Notes under the pieces: model-generated
Told to the model about the DNA's origin: nothing
Seen by the model: the letters and a program-made list of their open reading frames with translations, nothing else
The model's database searches: none
Program-made: the position numbers and the translations under genes
Shown: in pieces, positions 57,941 through 64,000 of the stretch
Layout: every line of letters begins with the position of its first letter
Numbering within the stretch: the first letter of the stretch is position 1
Assembly: GCA_965203725.1 (NCBI GenBank)
Contig: CBDBDH010000001.1
Coordinates: 644,686-708,685 of the forward strand
From: Gammaproteobacteria bacterium
GTDB taxonomy: Bacteria; Pseudomonadota; Gammaproteobacteria; UBA4575
Direction: 5' to 3'
Length of the DNA: 64,000 nucleotides

Positions 57941-59287
57941 TTGCATGGGGTCCGAGCACCATCACGAATCCGGTGCGCTCTGGCGGGCCCAAACATTCAA
58001 AAAAAGGCTGGCGGGACACGATTGACCTACGACCTTCGGACATTCAGGGGGGATCTCTTCGGGGGCATTACCGCTACGGTCGTGGTGTTTCCGGCGGCAC
58101 TCGCATTCGGCATGGCGTCGGGACTCGGGGCGCCCGCCGGCATTTACGGTTCGATCGCGGTCGGGTTCTTCGCCGCGGTGTTCGGCGGCACTCGCACGCA
58201 GATTTCAGGCCCGACCGGCCCGATGGCGGTCGTCACGGCGGTGATCGTCACAAGCCATGCCTCGACGCTTTCAGAGGCCCTGACGATTGTCGTGCTGGGC
58301 GGCCTGCTGCAGGCCGGGCTTGGGCTGACGCGAATCGGGCGCTACGTGGCATACACGCCGCATGTGGTGATCTCCGGGTTCATGTCCGGCATCGGCATCA
58401 TCATCATCCTGATCCAGCTGTTGCCCCTGCTGGGTGCACCCGCAGCGGGTGGGCCCATGGAGTCCGTCGGCGGGCTGGCGTCTGCGCTCGACAACATTAA
58501 TCTCAGTGCGGTTGCGATCGGCGTGCTCTCGCTCGCCATCGCCGCACTCTGGCCGCATCGGTTCTCGACCTACCTGCCGGGGCCGGTCGCAGCCCTCATC
58601 CTCGGCACGCTGCTGGGCGTGATGTGGCTGCACGATGCGCCGGTTCTGGGACCGGTCCCAATCGGTGTACCGGTGTTCGCCCTGGAGCTGCCGACGACCG
58701 GGTTTTTGCTGCACGCCCTGGAGCCGGCCCTGATCCTGGCGCTGCTGGGATCGGTGGACAGCCTGCTGACGTCGCTGATCGCGGATTCGGTCACCGGTAC
58801 GCGCCACGAACCGAACCGGGAGCTGGTGGGCCAAGGCATCGGCAACGTGGCGGCCGGACTGATCGGCGGCATGCCGGGCGCGGGGAACACGCTGGGCACG
58901 CTGACCAATATCCGCGCCGGCGGCACCACCCGGGTGTCCGGTGCGACCTATGCGGTCCTGATGCTGGTGCTGGTGCTCGGTTTGGGCGACTACGTCGAAC
59001 CGATCCCGCGCGCGGTGCTGGCGGGAGTGCTGATCAAGATCGGCCTGGACATCGTCGACTGGCAGATGCTCGCCCGTGTCCACCGGATGCGCCCGGAACA
59101 CGCGCTGGTCATGCTGGCGACGCTCGGCATCACGGTGTTCATCGACCTGGTGACCGCCGTGGCGGTCGGGCTGATCGTGGCGGGACTGACCCACGCGCGC
59201 CAGCTCGAGGACCTTGAACTCGACAGCGTCGTCTCGGTGCCGCTGCTGGATCGCAATTTCTTCGGTCTTGCGGGCGATGCGGGCTGA
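57941..59287 (+). CDS. SulP-family anion transporter, transmembrane domain only (reading frame ends in linker; STAS domain continues in another frame)
   Basis: Multi-TM SulP core; ORF stops at ...LLDRNFFGLAGDAG* within the linker. Confidence 0.6.
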   Translation: MHGVRAPSRIRCALAGPNIQKKAGGTRLTYDLRTFRGDLFGGITATVVVFPAALAFGMASGLGAPAGIYGSIAVGFFAAVFGGTRTQISGPTGPMAVVTAVIVTSHASTLSEALTIVVLGGLLQAGLGLTRIGRYVAYTPHVVISGFMSGIGIIIILIQLLPLLGAPAAGGPMESVGGLASALDNINLSAVAIGVLSLAIAALWPHRFSTYLPGPVAALILGTLLGVMWLHDAPVLGPVPIGVPVFALELPTTGFLLHALEPALILALLGSVDSLLTSLIADSVTGTRHEPNRELVGQGIGNVAAGLIGGMPGAGNTLGTLTNIRAGGTTRVSGATYAVLMLVLVLGLGDYVEPIPRAVLAGVLIKIGLDIVDWQMLARVHRMRPEHALVMLATLGITVFIDLVTAVAVGLIVAGLTHARQLEDLELDSVVSVPLLDRNFFGLAGDAG

Positions 59288-59310
59288 TCGCGCTGAAAGG
59301 GACGTTCACC

Positions 59311-59616
59311 GTGGCCTCGTCCCATCGCCTGGTCGGTGCGTACAGCATCGACGTCCAGAAGCACGAGGTGGTGATCTTCGACTTCTCCGACACCGTGCAT
59401 GTCGATGACAGCGCGGCCATGGTCATCGCGCAGCTCATGAGCGCGGCCCGCAAGGCCGGCACCGAACTGGTCGTGGTGGGCCTGTCCGGGCCGGTGCTGG
59501 AGATATTTCGCGCGCTCGATCTGCTGCGCAATGTGCCGCCGGGGCGCAACGTCGAGACCATGGACGAGGCCCGGGAGATTGCGCGGGCGTTGCTGAACGT
59601 TGGCGCAGACGATTGA
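59311..59616 (+). CDS. STAS domain (SulP C-terminal domain) in a different frame; frameshifted or split from the preceding gene
   Basis: Frame is open upstream (…GLIALKGTFTVASSHRLVGAYSIDV…) and overlaps the end of the TM ORF; typical STAS pattern. Confidence 0.5.
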   Translation: MASSHRLVGAYSIDVQKHEVVIFDFSDTVHVDDSAAMVIAQLMSAARKAGTELVVVGLSGPVLEIFRALDLLRNVPPGRNVETMDEAREIARALLNVGADD

Positions 59617-59961
59617 ACACGCAGGCCAGTCGCTACCTGTTAGCAAGGGAACTATGTGGGAGCAGTGAGGTTGCGCAATGCAACCTCACTCTCCCATGCG
59701 CCTTAGGCACGAACCAGAAATGCCCAGCTCTTATAACCATAATCATGGGCATCCAGATACCTGTTTGAGTTTTTTACCCTACGATATCGGGTATAGACCC
59801 AACGATAGCCTTTTGGTGCACTTTTTGAAGTGCGCATACACATACACCTCCTTTCCCAGAGGAGATTTTCTTTGCAATTAGTACGCACACATGCTAGATT
59901 TAGCATTGGAAATTGATAATAATTACAACGCGCTGCCCTCTGGGGAACAGCACATAATTTT

Positions 59962-59994
59962 AAAAGCGAACTGTAGAGAGTTCGTTTTTTTTTG
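59962..59994. terminator. Bidirectional Rho-independent terminator
   Basis: GCGAACT-gtagag-AGTTCGT followed by T9 on + strand; on the - strand the hairpin is followed by UUUUAAAAUU, directly after the immA stop. Confidence 0.55.
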
Positions 59995-59998
59995 CCAC

Positions 59999-60532
59999 TT
60001 AAATAATTTTTGCTTTCTTAAACTCTCCCCATTGTTTGGCAGCAGCTTCGTACGAAACACCAAATTTGCTGACGATATCCTCAGCACACTCACAGTCGCC
60101 AACATGATCAACAGAGACTAAAAGCTCTCCTCCAAAGCAGTTGGCTTGCCACTCACTACTTCTGAATGGAGGAATCTCTTCTCGAGAAATCCTGCGAGTA
60201 AGCGACAAATTCGAGTGAATAAAAAGATGTCCCAGTTCATGCGCTATTGTCATCCTGTCCCTCCCCCTACCCTCACACGCGCCATCATATACGTCGCGTC
60301 TTAACATTATTATGTTCTGATCAGGCATTGTCCTTCCATGGTCGGCACCCATCACAGCTTTCTCTTCAATTACAAGTGAGAAGGAATCATCCATGCTAGG
60401 CAATGCCAAATCAACAATGTCGACTACTGGGAAATATGCTTCATCCCAATGAAAAGCTTTTCGTACCTCTCTTGCGAAGTCACGAATATCGGCTCTGGAA
60501 AGAGGTGGCACCTCAATAGTCACATGGCTCAT
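59999..60532 (-). CDS. ImmA/IrrE-family (COG2856) zinc metallopeptidase
   Basis: HEXXH motif MTIAHELGHLFIH; about 40 % GC; 5 nt after the XRE gene. Confidence 0.7.
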   Translation of the reverse strand: MSHVTIEVPPLSRADIRDFAREVRKAFHWDEAYFPVVDIVDLALPSMDDSFSLVIEEKAVMGADHGRTMPDQNIIMLRRDVYDGACEGRGRDRMTIAHELGHLFIHSNLSLTRRISREEIPPFRSSEWQANCFGGELLVSVDHVGDCECAEDIVSKFGVSYEAAAKQWGEFKKAKII

Positions 60533-60537
60533 AGCTG

Positions 60538-60900
60538 TTACTCACGACAGTGTTTCTTCAAGATAGTCATCATTTTATCGATGTCCTCCTGTGAAAGTTC
60601 ATCAAATCTCCTTGCAAAAGTGGTCGCTAATTCTCGTTGGCCTTTATTAGTGTTATTTAATGATAGTTTTAGATTTTTCCTTGTGTCAGCAGCTAATGAT
60701 TCCAGCTTTTCTTGTTGTTCCTCACCAAGCTCAAAGTATTTTGCAATATTTACAACCAGCTTAGGTGGCACGGCCTTTTTCCCGGTTTCTAATCCTGATA
60801 CATATGCCGATGTGACTTTTAATTTTTCTGCCATGTCTTTCAGTCGAACACCTTTCTCGATTCTGAGCATACGTACAGCTTTACCAAATGGTGTTAACAT
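60538..60900 (-). CDS. XRE-family HTH transcriptional regulator (ImmR-like)
   Basis: HTH LKDMAEKLKVTSAYVSGLETGKK; paired with the ImmA-like gene. Confidence 0.65.
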   Translation of the reverse strand: MLTPFGKAVRMLRIEKGVRLKDMAEKLKVTSAYVSGLETGKKAVPPKLVVNIAKYFELGEEQQEKLESLAADTRKNLKLSLNNTNKGQRELATTFARRFDELSQEDIDKMMTILKKHCRE

Positions 60901-61448
60901 GTTTTATCCTCTGTTGATGTTTAAGTTGGCGATAAATCTCTCCCATAAAATTAGACAATCTTCAACCTACTAAGTTCAGTTAATTTCTATGAAATATCAT
61001 AAAATTTAACTTACTGGTTTAAATAGTAACCAATACTTCACCTTGTGTCAACTACCTGTTTGATTTGCTGTTTGATTTGTTTGATTTGGATGCACTGGAA
61101 ACTTGATGGCCCTTTGTCTGGTTTTGGAGACCGAAACACTCAGTACCATATGCATCTAGTGCAAATTATCAGGTAACCAGTATTAATCTTGCTGAGTAGC
61201 AAACTTCAGATGCTATAAAAGCCATCCAACAACAATTATTTCTTTCCGAAGCTCAGGAGTGGAGATAACTATACAATTCAAGATCTCATGCACCGACGCT
61301 TGTGGAGACACTCGTATGGCTATGTGCAGGGAAGGCACCGTGTTCACCTTGGATACAGACTTGTGGGTGTTCGCTTTAATACGACCTGAATGGGGCAAGC
61401 GCAAGTAACAGGAGTTTGTGCGCTCATTTTTCGAAACAACAATGCGAC

Positions 61449-62732
61449 TTAGCCTCTTTTTTTGACCCGCTTCGCGCTCGGCACGATCGTCTGGCGGTGC
61501 CCGCAGGGCTTCCAGGCCGGTGCGATCACGTTCGGCATGTCCGAGCGGTGCAGCAGGCTCGCGTGCATCACGGTGAATTCCCCGTAGCGGTCATTGACCG
61601 CGTCCATGGCCCGGTTCAGCCGGTCAAAGCGGCTCTCCTCCCCTGCGAACAGCTCCCGCTGTCCCCGGACCGGGCGCGGGTCCAGGGCCGTGACTTGCAC
61701 CTGGAACACCCCTTCTCCGCGCCAGTGCTCGCAGAGCATGCGTCGGCACAGCCCGATGATCGCCCGGCTGTCGTTGGTCGGGGTGTCCGTCCTGAAACGG
61801 TGGCTGCCGAGCCAGCCTTCCCGGGTGCGAAGGCCGATCAGGTAGCGCTGGGCGACCAGCGCGTGCTGGCGCATCCGCGCGCCCAGCTTCTCGGCCATGT
61901 GCACCAGGTACATGAGGATGATGTCGCGCCCGGTGGTGTCCGGGGGCATGATCTTGCCGTGCCCCAGGCTCTTGGGGGCGCCGACCCGGGTTTCCACCGG
62001 GGCCGGGTCCTCGCCGCGGCACATCTTCCAGATGCGCCGGCCCTGGTTGCCGAAGCGCTGCCCGAGCACGCTGATGGGCAAGCCTGCGACCTCCCCGCAG
62101 GTGAGGGCCCCGTGGCGGGCCAGGAACCCGGCGATGCCCCGGTTGACCCCGCACAGCTCGGTGACGGGCACATCCTTCAGCCGCTCGCGGGCCTCCCAGG
62201 GGGCGATGACGGCCAGACCATTCGGTTTTTTCCGCTTGGCGGCGTACTTGGCGGTGGTCTTGTCGCCGCTGATGCCGACGGTGCAGCCGAGCCCCGAGAC
62301 CTCGGCGACCTGCGCCTTGATCATCGCCCCGATGGCCTCGGGGGGCCGGTTCCAGTAGCCCTGGCAGTGGGTGAGGTCGAGGAACGCCTCATCGACGGAG
62401 AATACCTCCACGTCCGGGGTGATGTTTTGCAGGGCGGCCATGATGTCGGTGGAAACCTTGGCATAGCGCTCGGGGTGGGCCGGGACTTGGAGGATCTCCG
62501 GGCACACCTTCCGGGCCGCCCTCAGGCGCGTGCCGATGCCGATGCCGCAGGCCCTCGCCTCGTAGGAGCAGGTGATGAGGCAGGTGCCGGTCAGGCCGTT
62601 GGTGATGCCGATGGGGCGGCCCCGGTATTCGGGGTAGTCGCGCTGCTCGATGGAGGCGAAAAAGGCATCCATGTCGACGAAGGCGATCAGGCGGGGCCAG
62701 GGCTGGGGGTTGTCCGGCATAGGATCCTTCAT
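61449..62732 (-). CDS. Second Y-family DNA polymerase (DinB/DinP-like)
   Basis: LIAFVDMDAFFASIEQRDYPEYRGRPIGI and SVDEAFLD blocks; start placed at MKDPMPDN (track ORF starts further upstream). Confidence 0.7.
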   Translation of the reverse strand: MKDPMPDNPQPWPRLIAFVDMDAFFASIEQRDYPEYRGRPIGITNGLTGTCLITCSYEARACGIGIGTRLRAARKVCPEILQVPAHPERYAKVSTDIMAALQNITPDVEVFSVDEAFLDLTHCQGYWNRPPEAIGAMIKAQVAEVSGLGCTVGISGDKTTAKYAAKRKKPNGLAVIAPWEARERLKDVPVTELCGVNRGIAGFLARHGALTCGEVAGLPISVLGQRFGNQGRRIWKMCRGEDPAPVETRVGAPKSLGHGKIMPPDTTGRDIILMYLVHMAEKLGARMRQHALVAQRYLIGLRTREGWLGSHRFRTDTPTNDSRAIIGLCRRMLCEHWRGEGVFQVQVTALDPRPVRGQRELFAGEESRFDRLNRAMDAVNDRYGEFTVMHASLLHRSDMPNVIAPAWKPCGHRQTIVPSAKRVKKRG

Positions 62733-62986
62733 GCCGGGACCCCGGGCCGGGATCAAGCATAAAGCGAACCCTTGATTGCTTTGGTTTTGCTGCCCGGCGT
62801 ACAAGGCCTTTCTTAAGCGGTGCCTGTCCGGTAATGTGCACGCTGAAGGCAAGGTGCAGGAAGGATTCGATTTTGACTGCAGGGACTGCAACCAAATCCC
62901 CAGGGTCCTGTCTAAGAATCTGTTGGCCATCGAAGCACAGCCGTGCAGGCATGCCCAACGCACACCCATCAACAAGGAGATCAGAC

Positions 62987-63274
62987 ATGAAAAGACAAAC
63001 CCTACTTCGATCCACCATCGCGGGAATCTTTGCCGTCGGTACAGGCCTTGCGGCCGGCAACGCCCTGGCCGGTGTCCCGGACGCCCCGAAAAACTGGGAA
63101 AAATGTGCGGGGGTGTCCAAGGCGGGCATGAACGACTGCGGCTCGTTCGACGGCAAGCACGAGTGTGCGGGCCAGGCCACCGAGGACAACTCCGAGCATG
63201 AGTGGGTCTACCTGCCGGAAGGCACCTGCACCAAGATCGGCGGCATGGTCAAGGCCGTCAAGCCGGCCAAGTAA
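62987..63274 (+). CDS. bufA: DUF2282 bufferin-type RiPP precursor (BufA-like) with Sec signal peptide and four Cys
   Basis: MKRQTLLRSTIAGIFAVGTGLAAGNALA signal; core EKCAGVSKAGMNDCGSFDGKHECAGQ...GTCTKIGG matches DUF2282; followed by a DUF692 gene. Confidence 0.6.
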   Translation: MKRQTLLRSTIAGIFAVGTGLAAGNALAGVPDAPKNWEKCAGVSKAGMNDCGSFDGKHECAGQATEDNSEHEWVYLPEGTCTKIGGMVKAVKPAK

Positions 63275-63290
63275 CCGGACCTGTCCGGAC

Positions 63291-64000
63291 ATGGGAGGCG
63301 ACCCTTCACCGGATCCGGCAAGGCCGCCCACTCCAGGGACCGGAGTGGGGCTTCGCGCCCCCCATGTCGCGGAAATCCTCAACACCCGCCCGGACCTCGA
63401 TTTCTTTGAACTGCTGACCGACAACCACCTGTGCGCCGGGGGCTACGCCAGGCAGCAGGCCTACCTCGTGCGCGAGCACTACCCGGTCAGCCTGCACTGT
63501 GTCGGCATGTCCTTGGGCGGCACCGACCCCCTCGACTTCACCTACCTGGACAAGATCAAGACGCTCGCTAGGGAGCTCGAGCCCATGCACATCTCCGATC
63601 ACCTGTGCTGGACCTCGTGTCATTCCCACCACGCCCACGACCTGCTGCCCCTGCCCTACACCGAGGAGGCAGTGCGCCACGTCAGCCGGCGCATCCGCGA
63701 CATCCAGGATTACCTCGAGACCTCCCTGGTGGTGGAGAACGTCTCAAGCTACCTGGAGTTTGAAGCCTCGAGGATGAGCGAGTGGGAATTCCTGGCAGCC
63801 GTGGCAGGGGAGTCCGGCAGCCGGATCCTGCTGGACCTGAACAACATCCACGTGAGCCACTACAACAACGGCACCGATGCCGGGGAATACATCGAGCACA
63901 TCCCGCTCGACCGGGTGGCGGAAATCCACCTGGCGGGCTTCGAGCCCAAGGGCGAGTACCTGCTCGATGCGCACAACAACAAAGTGTCCGAGCCGGTCTG
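63291..64000 (+). CDS. bufB: DUF692/MNIO family (multinuclear non-haem iron oxidase, BufB-like), 5' part; continues beyond window
   Basis: GLRAPHVAEIL...FFELLTDNHL...HCVGMSLGGTDPLD...ISDHLCWTS...LLPLPYTEEA...VENVSSYLEF...LLDLNNIHVS...IHLAGF matches DUF692 throughout; no stop before window end. Confidence 0.7.
   Translation, partial: MGGDPSPDPARPPTPGTGVGLRAPHVAEILNTRPDLDFFELLTDNHLCAGGYARQQAYLVREHYPVSLHCVGMSLGGTDPLDFTYLDKIKTLARELEPMHISDHLCWTSCHSHHAHDLLPLPYTEEAVRHVSRRIRDIQDYLETSLVVENVSSYLEFEASRMSEWEFLAAVAGESGSRILLDLNNIHVSHYNNGTDAGEYIEHIPLDRVAEIHLAGFEPKGEYLLDAHNNKVSEPV

Overview
High-GC (about 65-70 %) proteobacterial chromosomal segment with a mosaic structure. GC-rich core genes: autotransporter C-terminus, FAD oxidoreductase, FMN-dependent hydroxy-acid dehydrogenase, phoX, ald, aceE-aceF, patatin, rho, trxA, GST, gabD, TonB-dependent receptor, dinB, CPA2 antiporter, MscS, SulP. 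Several lower-GC accessory islets interrupt them. (1) A ~17-kb accessory region (about 1.7-19.5 kb) carries small secreted proteins, an ArdC-like gene, a three-fold tandem array of a two-gene module (one copy broken by an in-frame amber), an orphan peptidase-S74 domain fragment, a truncated CsrA-like gene, an iteron-like/AT-rich control region, and a RadC-like gene. The RadC-like gene is followed by about 15 co-oriented small 'cassette-like' genes, each preceded by a conserved leader hairpin and a near-identical RBS/start context; one of them is DUF3577. (2) A low-GC split HipA-like module (kinase core followed by a HipA-N-terminal-like partner) sits next to a decayed ICE conjugation-gene remnant (TraG-N plus three PFL_47xx-type ICE proteins). 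(3) An AT-rich three-gene membrane-protein/membrane-nuclease islet lies beside an AraC-gene remnant. (4) An ImmR/ImmA-like pair lies next to a second Y-family polymerase. (5) The window ends with the start of a bufferin-type RiPP operon (DUF2282 precursor plus DUF692/MNIO). No rRNA, tRNA or CRISPR arrays were recognised. My hand-counted coordinates for features not in the ORF track may be off by 1-2 nt.
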